A stretch of 64,000 bases of DNA, taken from Candidatus Omnitrophota bacterium (GTDB lineage Bacteria > Omnitrophota > Gorgyraeia > 2-01-FULL-45-10). The notes below the pieces were generated by a model. It saw only the letters and a list, made by a program, of their open reading frames with translations. It ran no database searches and had not been told where the DNA came from. The DNA lies in contig JBAZKH010000001.1 of the NCBI GenBank assembly GCA_041650935.1, forward strand, positions 411,337 to 475,336, written 5' to 3'. Made by a program: the position numbers and the translations under genes. Shown in pieces: positions 30,189 to 39,165 of this stretch (positions are counted from its first letter, which is position 1; the number at the start of each line of letters is the position of its first letter).

Positions 30189-30275
30189 ATACGAAACAAA
30201 TCAGAAATCATAAATCTCAAAATTCGAAACATGGGTTTGGATTATTCGAATTTAGGATCTCAGAATTAGAGAGGC
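30186..30275. repeat. Family-3 AT-rich palindromic intergenic element (TAAATACGAAA...TTCGAATTTAG)
   Basis: Shares terminal blocks and TTCGAAAT motifs with 48632-48758 and 60001-60032. Confidence 0.55.
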
Positions 30276-30281
30276 GGCGGC

Positions 30282-31490
30282 ATGAAATACGCGATACTTG
30301 TAGGTGACGGGATGAGCGATTATCCGGTCGCGGAATTGGGCGGTAAGACGCCGCTCGAAGTCGCGAAGATACCGAATATGAACGAACTTGCGCGGAAAGG
30401 GATGATAGGCCTGGTCAAGACGGTCCCGCGCGGCATGAAACCCGCCAGCGATATCGCCAATCTATCGATCATGGGATATGACCCAAAGGTCTATTATACC
30501 GGCCGAGGTCCGCTAGAGGCCGCGAATATCGGCGTCGAACTCGGCGAAAACGAAATAGCCTTTCGCTGTAATCTGGTGACCGTCAATAACGATGTCATGG
30601 CCGATTACAGTGCCGGCCACATAGGCGAAAAAGAGTCGAAGGCCCTGATCGGGTATCTTGGAGAAAAATTCGGGACGGAGAATATCAAATTTTATCATGG
30701 CAAGAGCTACAGGAACCTCCTTGTCATAAAGGCGAAATCGCCCGATGATCTGGACGGTCTTATCAAAACCGCCTGTACGCCTCCGCACGATATCGCTTCG
30801 CAGAATATTTCTAAATATCTTCCGAAGGGCAGGGGCGCGGATATTTTGAAGAGGCTTATGGATGATTCGAGGATGATACTCGAGAAGCACGAAATAAATA
30901 AGGTGCGTCTGGACCTGGGAGAGAACCCGGCCAACATGATCTGGTTGTGGGGACAGGGCACCAATCCCAATATGCCGACGTTCAAGGGTATGTTCGGTAT
31001 GGATGGGGCGGTAATCTCAGCGGTTGACCTGGTTAACGGTATCGGCAAGATCGCGGGGTTGGAGGTTATTACAGTGCCGGGCGCCACGGGTTATTATGAT
31101 ACCAACTATCAGGGCAAAGGTGAATACGCGATAGAAGCGCTAAAGACTAAGGACTTCGTCTTCGTCCATGTCGAGGCGCCGGATGAAGCCGGCCATAACG
31201 GCGACCTTCGCGCGAAGATAACGGCGATAGAGAATTTCGATAAGTTTGTAGTCGGGGCGGTATGGGATTTCCTGAAGAACGGCAAGGATTTTCGCATACT
31301 GGTCCTGGCGGACCATGCCACTCCGGTGGCGGTGAGGACGCATGTCTCGGATCCTGCGCCGTTTGCGATGGCGGGGAAGAATATCGAACATAACGGTTTC
31401 GATCTATTTAACGAGCGGAACGCTGCTTTGAGCAAGACGAAGTTTAAATCGGGAGCGGCGCTCACCGACAGGTTTATAAAAAAATCCTAG
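30282..31490 (+). CDS. Archaeal-type cofactor-independent phosphoglycerate-mutase family protein (ApgM/COG3635-like); candidate non-orthologous homoserine kinase
   Basis: MKYAILVGDGMSDYPVAELGGKTPLEVAKIPNMNELA... alkaline-phosphatase-superfamily metal site. Located between thrC and lysC. Confidence 0.7.
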   Translation: MKYAILVGDGMSDYPVAELGGKTPLEVAKIPNMNELARKGMIGLVKTVPRGMKPASDIANLSIMGYDPKVYYTGRGPLEAANIGVELGENEIAFRCNLVTVNNDVMADYSAGHIGEKESKALIGYLGEKFGTENIKFYHGKSYRNLLVIKAKSPDDLDGLIKTACTPPHDIASQNISKYLPKGRGADILKRLMDDSRMILEKHEINKVRLDLGENPANMIWLWGQGTNPNMPTFKGMFGMDGAVISAVDLVNGIGKIAGLEVITVPGATGYYDTNYQGKGEYAIEALKTKDFVFVHVEAPDEAGHNGDLRAKITAIENFDKFVVGAVWDFLKNGKDFRILVLADHATPVAVRTHVSDPAPFAMAGKNIEHNGFDLFNERNAALSKTKFKSGAALTDRFIKKS

Positions 31491-31498
31491 GCATATCC

Positions 31499-32728
31499 AT
31501 GGCGAAATCGATAATAGTCCAGAAATTCGGCGGCACAAGCGTTGCGGATGTCGGGCGTATACAGAATGTTGCGCGGCGCATCGTAAAGTCCAGGAGAAGC
31601 GGCGTCGATGTGGTTGCCGTCGTATCGGCCCTGGGCGACTCTACCGATAAACTGATCGAGCTTGCGCACGAAATTACGGCGAACCCGTCCGAGCGCGAGA
31701 TGGATATGCTCGTCTCCACCGGCGAACAGGTCTCCTGCGCGCTCCTTACTATGGCTATACACAAGCTGGGCGAGGGCGCGATATCTTTTACGGGGGCGCA
31801 GGTGGGTATCATAACCGACAGTATGCACACAAAGGCGCGCATAATAGATATAAACGCAAAGCGTATCATCGAGGCATTGAAGTGCGGTAAGATCGTTATA
31901 GTCGCGGGGTTCCAGGGTATCAGTATGAGCCAGGATATAACTACATTGGGCAGGGGCGGGTCGAATCTGACGGCGGTGGCTCTGGCAAAGGTGGTAGGCG
32001 CGCAGTCGTGTGAGATGCACACGGACGTTGAAGGAGTCTTCACCGCGGATCCGCGCATAGTTAAAAACGCGAGAAAAATAGACCGGATAAGTTACGAAGA
32101 GATGTTTGAGCTTGCCTCGCTGGGCGCGCAGGTGCTCCAGCCGCGGTCGATAGAATTCGCCATGAAATTCGGTATCCCGATCCATGTAAAGTCGAGTTTT
32201 TCAAATAAAAAAGGTACGATAATTTCCGGGGAGGTAAGGGCTATGGAAGATATAGTCGTTTCGGGCGTTGCGTTAAATAAGGAAGAGGCTAAGGTCACTA
32301 TCTGCGATGTGCCCGACAAGCCGGGCATAGCCGCGAAAATATTTAAGGATATAGCGAAAGAAGATATCAATGTCGATATGATAGTGCAGAACGTATCGCG
32401 CACCGGGGCAACGGACGTCTCCTTTACGGTCCCGGGCCATGATTTAAGTAAGACCATTAAAGTGGCTAAGGACATTTCGCGGCGCGTCGGCGCAGGCAGC
32501 GTGACATACGATAACGATATGGCTAAAGTCTCGATCGTGGGCATAGGGATGAGGAGCCATTCCGGCGTAGCGGCCGGGATGTTCGAAGCGCTGGCGAAAA
32601 AAGGTATAAATATCGAAATGATATCGACGAGCGAGATCAAAATCTCGTGTGTTGTTAAAAAGACCGAGGGCGAAAAAGCGGTGAGGGCAATACACGAGAA
32701 GTTCGGACTGGGGAAAAAGAAGAGGTAG
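31499..32728 (+). CDS. lysC: Aspartate kinase (monofunctional, with two C-terminal ACT domains)
   Basis: IVQKFGGTSVADVGRIQNVARRI amino-acid kinase N-terminus; C-terminal ACT pair. Confidence 0.9.
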   Translation: MAKSIIVQKFGGTSVADVGRIQNVARRIVKSRRSGVDVVAVVSALGDSTDKLIELAHEITANPSEREMDMLVSTGEQVSCALLTMAIHKLGEGAISFTGAQVGIITDSMHTKARIIDINAKRIIEALKCGKIVIVAGFQGISMSQDITTLGRGGSNLTAVALAKVVGAQSCEMHTDVEGVFTADPRIVKNARKIDRISYEEMFELASLGAQVLQPRSIEFAMKFGIPIHVKSSFSNKKGTIISGEVRAMEDIVVSGVALNKEEAKVTICDVPDKPGIAAKIFKDIAKEDINVDMIVQNVSRTGATDVSFTVPGHDLSKTIKVAKDISRRVGAGSVTYDNDMAKVSIVGIGMRSHSGVAAGMFEALAKKGINIEMISTSEIKISCVVKKTEGEKAVRAIHEKFGLGKKKR

Positions 32729-32732
32729 AGTG

Positions 32733-32840
32733 TAATGACAAATTTCAAAATCCAAACCAATCATTCAAATCCAAACATTCGAATATTGGTCATTTAAAGA
32801 TTGATTTGTCATTTGGATTTTGTCATTTTGGATTTACAAT
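32733..32840. repeat. Family-1 palindromic repeat, copy 3 (inverted orientation)
   Basis: Its reverse complement aligns with copies 1 and 2 (GACAAAATC..AATGACAAATCAATCTTTAAATG.CCAATATT...TTTGGATTT). Confidence 0.75.
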
Positions 32841-32900
32841 GAGGGGTCTATGACTAAGGTCGAGAAGTTCGGACTGGGGAAAAAGAAGAGGTAGAGTGTA

Positions 32901-33010
32901 ATGACAAATGACAAATTTCAAAATCCAAACCAATCATTCAAATCCAAACATTCGAATATTGGTCATTTAAAGGTTGATTTGTCATTTGGATTTTGTCATT
33001 TTGGATTTAC
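32901..33010. repeat. Family-1 palindromic repeat, copy 4 (duplicate of copy 3)
   Basis: Part of the tandem duplication. Confidence 0.75.
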
Positions 33011-33022
33011 AATGAGGGGTCT

Positions 33023-34585
33023 ATGACTAAGGTCGAATTGTATGATACTACACTGCGTGATGGCGCGCAATCGGAAGGCATATCTTTTTCGGTCAATGAT
33101 AAATTAAAGATAGCCGAGAAGCTGGACGAGCTGGGCATCCATTTTATCGAAGGAGGATGGCCTGGCGCCAACCCGAAGGATATGGAATTTTTTGAGCGGA
33201 TCAAAAGTATGCGATTCGAAAAATCGAAGGTTGTGGCTTTCGGCAGCACCAGGCACGCCCATTCAAAGGCGAGGACCGATAAAGTAATAAAAGGCCTGCT
33301 TGCCGCCGGTACAAAATATATCACTATTTTCGGAAAGAGCTGGGACATGCACGTCCGCGATGTCTTCAAAGTGGACCTGGAAGAGAATCTCCGCATGATA
33401 GAGGATTCCGTAAGTTTTCTTAAATCGCGCGGCAAGGTCGTATTTTACGACGCGGAACATTTCTTTGACGGCTATAAGGCCAATGAAGATTATGCGCTCA
33501 AGACGCTGAAGGCGGCCGGGAAATCCGGAGCCGACAGGATCATACTCTGCGATACGAACGGCGGGACCATTACGTCCCAGGTATTCGAGATTGTGGAAGA
33601 GGTAAAGAACGTAATAAAGACCCCTCTCGGTATACACGCCCATAACGACGCGGATATGGCGGTCGCTAACTCTATAGCCGCTATCCAGGCCGGATGCATC
33701 CAGGTACACGGCACCATAAACGGCTACGGCGAACGCTGTGGAAATGCGAATCTCGTTTCCATAATCGGGAACCTCAAGACGAAGCTGGATGTAGATTGTG
33801 TGTCGGATCTTGAGCTGCGGACATTGACCGAGGCCGCAAGGTTCATTGCGGAGATCTCCAATCTTAAGATGAGCGATAACGCGCCGTTCGTCGGCAACAG
33901 CGCCTTTGCGCACAAGGCGGGCGTCCATGTCAATGCAATCCTCAAAAATCCCAGGACCTATGAACATGTCGATCCTCGTCTGGTCGGCAACCACAGGCGT
34001 CTACTGATCTCAGAGTTGTCGGGCAAGTCTATGATACTGAAGAAGGCGGAGGATTTTGATATCGATCTTACCGGCGAGGCCGGCAAGACGAAGAAGATAC
34101 TGAAAGCCTTGCAGGATCTCGAGAATAAGGGCTATCACTTCGAGGCGGCCGAGGCTTCGCTCGAGCTGCTGATGAAGCGGGTCATGAAGAAGTTCAAGGA
34201 TTTCTTCGATCTTGAGGATTTCAGGGTGATAATCGAGAAACGAAAAGACGGACGGGTTATTACCGAGGCCACGATTAAGCTAAGGGTCGGCAAAGAGCTT
34301 GAGCATACCGCCTCTCTGGGCGACGGTCCCGTCAATGCGCTCGATAGCGCGCTCAGGAAGGCTCTTAAGAAATTTTATCCTAATTTAAACGAGATGCACC
34401 TCACCGATTACAGGGTCAGGGTGCTTGATGAAAAAGAAGGAACGGCCGCCCGTGTCAGGGTCCTGATCCAATCGCAGGACAAGAACGGTTCATGGTGGAC
34501 GATGGGTGTGTCGGAAAATCTCATAGAGGCGTCGTGGCAGGCCTTGGTGGATTCCGTAGAGTATAAACTCTTGAAAGATTCTTAA
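33023..34585 (+). CDS. cimA: (R)-citramalate synthase (LeuA/CimA family with C-terminal regulatory domain)
   Basis: ELYDTTLRDGAQ and IEGGWPGANPKD motifs typical of the CimA clade; 520 aa. ATG at 33023 with a GAGGGG RBS; the ORF-track start at 32993 is a TTG inside the repeat. Confidence 0.75.
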   Translation: MTKVELYDTTLRDGAQSEGISFSVNDKLKIAEKLDELGIHFIEGGWPGANPKDMEFFERIKSMRFEKSKVVAFGSTRHAHSKARTDKVIKGLLAAGTKYITIFGKSWDMHVRDVFKVDLEENLRMIEDSVSFLKSRGKVVFYDAEHFFDGYKANEDYALKTLKAAGKSGADRIILCDTNGGTITSQVFEIVEEVKNVIKTPLGIHAHNDADMAVANSIAAIQAGCIQVHGTINGYGERCGNANLVSIIGNLKTKLDVDCVSDLELRTLTEAARFIAEISNLKMSDNAPFVGNSAFAHKAGVHVNAILKNPRTYEHVDPRLVGNHRRLLISELSGKSMILKKAEDFDIDLTGEAGKTKKILKALQDLENKGYHFEAAEASLELLMKRVMKKFKDFFDLEDFRVIIEKRKDGRVITEATIKLRVGKELEHTASLGDGPVNALDSALRKALKKFYPNLNEMHLTDYRVRVLDEKEGTAARVRVLIQSQDKNGSWWTMGVSENLIEASWQALVDSVEYKLLKDS

Positions 34586-34595
34586 AGGAGGAGAT

Positions 34596-34991
34596 ATGAA
34601 AAGAAGAATAATTTCCGCAGCTATCGTTTCTATCCTGGCAGCCGTTTTTCTTTATGCCGCGGCGGCGGTTTCGCAGGCGGCTTCATTTACCGGGAACGAC
34701 TGGGTGAAACTGCGTAATGCCCAGAAAGCCGAAGAAGTTAAAACGTATATTAAGGGGTTGCGGTCGCAGGGTGTCACCGTGAGAGGGGACGCAATAGCGT
34801 ATTGCAGGAAGCTCGATACGTTTTACGAGAAACACCCGGATATGAAAAAAGAAGATTGCGGCAAGATCCTGAAGACGATTATCATAATGGAATACGACTG
34901 GGATCAGAAGGGTGTTGATAAGGATACTCTGGCAAAACAATGGCTCGGCGAGGAAGTCTATACGCGGAATAAGGCCCGTAGAGGAAAATAG
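34596..34991 (+). CDS. Hypothetical small secreted protein
   Basis: Signal peptide MKRRIISAAIVSILAAVFLYAAAAVSQA; strong RBS AAAGGAGGAG. Confidence 0.5.
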   Translation: MKRRIISAAIVSILAAVFLYAAAAVSQAASFTGNDWVKLRNAQKAEEVKTYIKGLRSQGVTVRGDAIAYCRKLDTFYEKHPDMKKEDCGKILKTIIIMEYDWDQKGVDKDTLAKQWLGEEVYTRNKARRGK

Positions 34992-34993
34992 CC

Positions 34994-35359
34994 GTGGCGT
35001 ATAAGATCCTGGTAGTCGAGGATGAGCGCGATCTCCTCGACTTTTTGAAGATAAGGCTCGAAGCTAACGGTTACGATGTACTCGGCGCTTTGGACGGTAA
35101 AGAAGGCTACGAGCGGGCGCGCAGGGAGCGGCCGGATCTTATATTACTCGATCTAATGCTTCCTAAAGTCGACGGTTACTGGGTGTGCAACCTGCTTAAA
35201 CACGATGAGAGATACGCCAAGATACCGATCATTATCGTTACCGCGAAGTCGGCGGATGAGAATATCAAGCTCGCGAAAGAGTGCGGAGCCGATGCGTACA
35301 TGGTGAAACCTTTCGAGATAGAAGGGCTGCTGGCGAAGATAAAGCACTTCCTTAAATAA
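34994..35359 (+). CDS. Single-domain response regulator (CheY-like receiver), GTG start
   Basis: Receiver-domain fold with phospho-acceptor Asp (LILLDLMLP), plus the conserved T (VTAK) and K (MVKPF). Confidence 0.8.
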   Translation: MAYKILVVEDERDLLDFLKIRLEANGYDVLGALDGKEGYERARRERPDLILLDLMLPKVDGYWVCNLLKHDERYAKIPIIIVTAKSADENIKLAKECGADAYMVKPFEIEGLLAKIKHFLK

Positions 35360-35375
35360 ACCAATCTACAGACTG

Positions 35376-36143
35376 ATGAATATAAAGCCTATTATCGTAG
35401 TTTTTGCCGGCATAATATTCTTTATGCCGGCGGACCTGCGGGCGGATACTATATATCTGGATAGCGGCGAGACGGTAGAGGGCATCATAAAAAGTGAAAA
35501 CGAAAAGAGTGTGGAGATAGATATAGGGTTCGGGACTGTTTCGTTTTCGAAAGATAAAATAACGAAGGTGGAGAGGTCGACGGGCGCGGAGACGGACGCA
35601 ATTACCCAAAAGTGGGACACCAGACGTACGGGACTCGACAAGAAAAAAGAGACCTATGAGAATGAGAGGCAGAAGAGATTCGCCGAATACGACCAGTGGA
35701 CCAAGCCGAGCGCCAAGAAGACAGCGGCAGGCGTTTCTAAAGGAGGCGAGGTCCCTATCATAGGCGAACCCGGTTCGAAGGATATGGCGGTGAGCGTTGT
35801 CATAAACGGTAAGGTCAGCACAACGCTTATCCTTGATACGGGGGCGAATGTTGTTACCCTTAGCAGAAAGGTGGGCCGGGCGCTCGGCGTAGATCTTTCG
35901 AATACCAATGAAATCGCGGAATTTCGTCTTGCAGGCGATCGCAGGGTGAAGGCCAGGATGGTCATATTGGAGAGCGTGTCGATAAACGGCATAGAAGTGA
36001 AAAATGTACAGGCCGGCATCCTCCTAGACGAGAATAGCGGCTTTATGTTACGGGACGGCCTTTTAGGAATGACTTTCCTGGAACGGTTTAATGCCAGGAT
36101 CGACAGGAAGAGGATGAAATTGATACTCGATCCGATTCAGTGA
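35376..36143 (+). CDS. Secreted retropepsin-like (clan AA) aspartic protease
   Basis: Signal peptide; C-terminal domain with the D-T-G-A active-site motif (LILDTGANVVTLS) and retropepsin-like length. Confidence 0.6.
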   Translation: MNIKPIIVVFAGIIFFMPADLRADTIYLDSGETVEGIIKSENEKSVEIDIGFGTVSFSKDKITKVERSTGAETDAITQKWDTRRTGLDKKKETYENERQKRFAEYDQWTKPSAKKTAAGVSKGGEVPIIGEPGSKDMAVSVVINGKVSTTLILDTGANVVTLSRKVGRALGVDLSNTNEIAEFRLAGDRRVKARMVILESVSINGIEVKNVQAGILLDENSGFMLRDGLLGMTFLERFNARIDRKRMKLILDPIQ

Positions 36144-36152
36144 GGAGCATGG

Positions 36153-38873
36153 ATGGGCGAATTACCAAAAGCATATAATCCGCAGGAAGTCGAAGATAGA
36201 ATCTACGCGGGATGGGAAGCCCGGGGTTTATTTCACGCGCGGCCGGTGCCGGGCAAAAAGCCGTATTCGATAGTTATCCCGCCGCCGAATATTACCGGTA
36301 TTCTCCATATGGGCCACGCGCTCAATGATACGCTGCAGGATATCCTGATACGTTTCAAGCGCATGCAGGGTTTTGAGGCCGAGTGGATGCCCGGGACCGA
36401 CCACGCCGGGATCGCGACGCAAAATGTCGTGGAGCGCAAGTTGTCCAAAGAAGGTAAGCGGCGCCAGGATCTTGGGCGCGAGAAATTCATCGAAGAGGTA
36501 TGGAAGTGGCGCCAGGAGTACGGGTCGACGATAATACGGCAGCTGAAAAAGCTCGGTTGTTCGTGCGATTGGGAACGTACGCGTTTTACCATGGACGAAG
36601 GTCTTTCCGAAGCGGTGCTAGAGGTCTTTGTCAGGCTCTATGAAAAAGGCCTTATATACCGCGGGAACTATATCATCAACTGGTGCCCGAGATGCCAGAC
36701 CGCTCTTTCCGACGAAGAATCACAGCATAAAGATGTCGACGGGATGCTCTATCATATAAAATACCCGATTAAAGGCGAGCGGGATAGTTTTGTGGTCGTC
36801 GCGACGACGAGGCCGGAGACGATGCTGGGCGACGTGGCGATAGCGGTCAATCCGAAAGATAAACGTTATAAAGGCCTGAAGGGGAAGACCGTAATACTGC
36901 CGCTTCTCGAAAGGGAGCTTAAAGTCGTATTCGATCCGGTAGTTGACCTTAAATTCGGGACGGGTGCCCTGAAAGTTACGCCTGCCCATGACCCTGTAGA
37001 TTTTGAGCTTGGTCTGAAACACGGCCTTGAACAGATAAATGTCATGAACGACGACGCTACCATAGGTTCCGCCGGAGGGGATTATGAGGGTATGGACCGG
37101 TTCGAGGCGCGCGAAGCGATCGTGGAGGACCTGAAAGCGCGGGGGCTCTTCATAAAGTCGGAGGCGCACCGGCATGCCGTCGGTCACTGTTATCGCTGTC
37201 ACACTATGGTGGAGCCGCGGCTGTCACCGCAGTGGTTTGTGAAGATGAAGCCGCTTGCCAAAAGTGCCATCGAAGTTGTCAGGAAGGGCAAGGTTAAATT
37301 TTATCCGGAACGCTGGACCAAGGTCTATCTTGACTGGATGACTAATATACGCGACTGGTGCATTTCGCGGCAGATATGGTGGGGGCACCGAATCCCTGTT
37401 TACTATTGTAAGAGCTGTATGGAAACAGGAATCCGGAAATCCGAAATTCAAAATCCAAAATCCGAAACAAATTCCAAACCCCAAACTCCAAACGGTATAA
37501 TAGTGGCGAAGGCGAGGCCCGAGAAGTGTCCGACATGCGGTTCGACGGAAATAGAACAGGATCCAGACGTGCTCGATACATGGTTCTCGTCCTGGCTCTG
37601 GCCCTTCTCGACGTTTGGCTGGCCGGAAGAGACAGATGAACTTAAATACTTCTATCCGACCGCCTCGCTCGTAACGGCGCAGGAGATAATATTTTTCTGG
37701 GTGGCCAGGATGATCATGGCGGGCCTCGAATTCAGGGGTGAGATACCGTTTAAGAGCGTTTACATCCACGGGACGGTCAGGGATATCACCGGGACCAAGA
37801 TGTCGAAGTCGCTCGGTAACGTCATCGATCCTCTCGATATGATAGCTAAGTACGGTACGGACGCGCTGCGTTTCAGTATAATTTCGATAACCGCGCAGGG
37901 ACAGGATGTCTTCCTTTCCGAAGGCAAATTTGAGCTGGGCAGGAATTTCGCCAATAAACTCTGGAACGCGTCCAGGTTCATACTGATGAACCTGAAGCCC
38001 GGCGGCGCTGATGCCGGCGCGTGCGCGTTCTTTAAAGACGCAAAACTCTCTCTGCCCGAGAGGTGGATAATATCGCGGTTCTATTCGACTCTCGAGTTCG
38101 TAACGAAGTGCCTGGATGAGTATAAATTTAACGAAGCGGCGAACGCAATATACGAATTTATATGGCATGAGTTCTGCGACTGGTACATCGAGAGCGCCAA
38201 GACGACGATCGACGGGAAGAACTCGCAGGTTATCCTGCCGGAGATCCTGGAGCGGTCCTTGCGCATGCTGCATCCGATCATGCCGTTTGTTACAGAAGAG
38301 ATATGGCAAAAACTGCCGCGCAAAGCCAGCGCCCCTGTTTCGATAATGACAGAGCCGTGGCCGCATTTCCATAAGGAGATGATATCAAAAGAGACCGAAG
38401 CCCGGATGCGGGAGCTCATCGAGCTGGTCGTTGCCATACGCAACATGCGCTCGGTCTGGAATATAGACCCGCAGACCGGCGTGCGGGCGGTAATAAATGT
38501 CCACGATAAAGCGGCGGAAAAAGTCCTTAAGGAGAATGAGGATTTTGTAAAGCGGATGGCGAAAGTTTCCATCCTCGAAGCGGGTGCTGGCACGAAGCCT
38601 GGGAACGCGGCCGTTAGTATAATAGGCAGGTTCGAGGCATATATTCCGCTCGAGGGGCTGATCGATTTCGATAAGGAGAGGGCGAGGCTCGAGAAAGAGG
38701 AAGAGAGGATATCGGGTGAAATAAAGGCAATAGGCGCCAGGCTGAAGGATAAAAATTTTACCGGTAAGGCGCCAAAGGAAGTGGTTGCAAAACAGGAACT
38801 GCGTAAAGGTGAGCTTGAACTTCAGCTCAAAAAATTGAAGAGTAACCTGAAAGGGATAGGGGGCGTCAGATGA
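36153..38873 (+). CDS. valS: Valine--tRNA ligase
   Basis: HIGH ([14 protein letters not shown]) and KMSKS (TKMSKSLGN); editing domain; C-terminal coiled coil. Confidence 0.95.
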   Translation: MGELPKAYNPQEVEDRIYAGWEARGLFHARPVPGKKPYSIVIPPPNITGILHMGHALNDTLQDILIRFKRMQGFEAEWMPGTDHAGIATQNVVERKLSKEGKRRQDLGREKFIEEVWKWRQEYGSTIIRQLKKLGCSCDWERTRFTMDEGLSEAVLEVFVRLYEKGLIYRGNYIINWCPRCQTALSDEESQHKDVDGMLYHIKYPIKGERDSFVVVATTRPETMLGDVAIAVNPKDKRYKGLKGKTVILPLLERELKVVFDPVVDLKFGTGALKVTPAHDPVDFELGLKHGLEQINVMNDDATIGSAGGDYEGMDRFEAREAIVEDLKARGLFIKSEAHRHAVGHCYRCHTMVEPRLSPQWFVKMKPLAKSAIEVVRKGKVKFYPERWTKVYLDWMTNIRDWCISRQIWWGHRIPVYYCKSCMETGIRKSEIQNPKSETNSKPQTPNGIIVAKARPEKCPTCGSTEIEQDPDVLDTWFSSWLWPFSTFGWPEETDELKYFYPTASLVTAQEIIFFWVARMIMAGLEFRGEIPFKSVYIHGTVRDITGTKMSKSLGNVIDPLDMIAKYGTDALRFSIISITAQGQDVFLSEGKFELGRNFANKLWNASRFILMNLKPGGADAGACAFFKDAKLSLPERWIISRFYSTLEFVTKCLDEYKFNEAANAIYEFIWHEFCDWYIESAKTTIDGKNSQVILPEILERSLRMLHPIMPFVTEEIWQKLPRKASAPVSIMTEPWPHFHKEMISKETEARMRELIELVVAIRNMRSVWNIDPQTGVRAVINVHDKAAEKVLKENEDFVKRMAKVSILEAGAGTKPGNAAVSIIGRFEAYIPLEGLIDFDKERARLEKEEERISGEIKAIGARLKDKNFTGKAPKEVVAKQELRKGELELQLKKLKSNLKGIGGVR
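37428..37496 (+). repeat. In-frame low-complexity insertion in valS resembling the family-1/3 repeat arm
   Basis: The nucleotide sequence GGAAATCCGAAATTCAAAATCCAAAATCCGAAACAAATTCCAAACCCCAAACTCCAAAC matches the AAATTTCAAAATCCAAACCAATCATTCAAATCCAAAC arm of the repeat at 32742-32780. It encodes [22 protein letters not shown], between two CxxC pairs. Confidence 0.55.
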
Positions 38874-39151
38874 AATATTTATGTATTGCGGTAGCGGTGA
38901 TATTTATTTTTGGTATATTTGCCGTGGGGCTCGATAAAGCCATGGCAGGAAGCGGGGCTTGCGACGGAGCAGGGAAAACGGCGAAAGAAGAGCAGGCGCC
39001 TGTTGCGGCGGAGGGGGCAGATGAGCCCGTCGCCGATGATGAGGAAGACGGCGTGGGTAGCCGGAGGGCGATGCCCACTATGCAGACCTATGATCAGAAT
39101 ACGGGTCTTCCCAACCTCGTTTCAAGCGACCGCGAAGGCGAGATCGAATAA
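38870..39151 (+). CDS. Hypothetical small membrane-anchored acidic protein
   Basis: N-terminal TM helix; ATGA overlap with the valS stop suggests translational coupling. Confidence 0.4.
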   Translation: MKYLCIAVAVIFIFGIFAVGLDKAMAGSGACDGAGKTAKEEQAPVAAEGADEPVADDEEDGVGSRRAMPTMQTYDQNTGLPNLVSSDREGEIE

Positions 39152-39165
39152 GGGAGGCATGGATC

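Larger units (their letters stand above)
32698..33036 (+). repeat. Tandem duplication (2 x ~166-173 bp) spanning the lysC 3' end, a family-1 repeat and the cimA RBS/start
   Basis: Copy 1 is 32698-32863 and copy 2 is 32864-33036; they are near-identical and differ by one extra GACAAAT heptamer and one G/A substitution. The junction GGTCGA|GAAGTTCGG joins cimA codon 5 to lysC codon -9. Confidence 0.9.

Noticed and set aside
37224-38372. 382-aa antisense ORF inside valS, plus similar long minus-strand ORFs inside uvrB (40545-42029), rho-prfA (14947-16020), the IMPDH-like gene (47573-48379), glgA (12799-13605) and lysC (31487-32185).
   Set aside because: Each is fully contained in a strongly supported plus-strand gene with clear homology. 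Their translations are low-complexity (Arg/Pro/Leu-rich) with no recognisable domains, which is typical of shadow ORFs in a ~50% GC genome.
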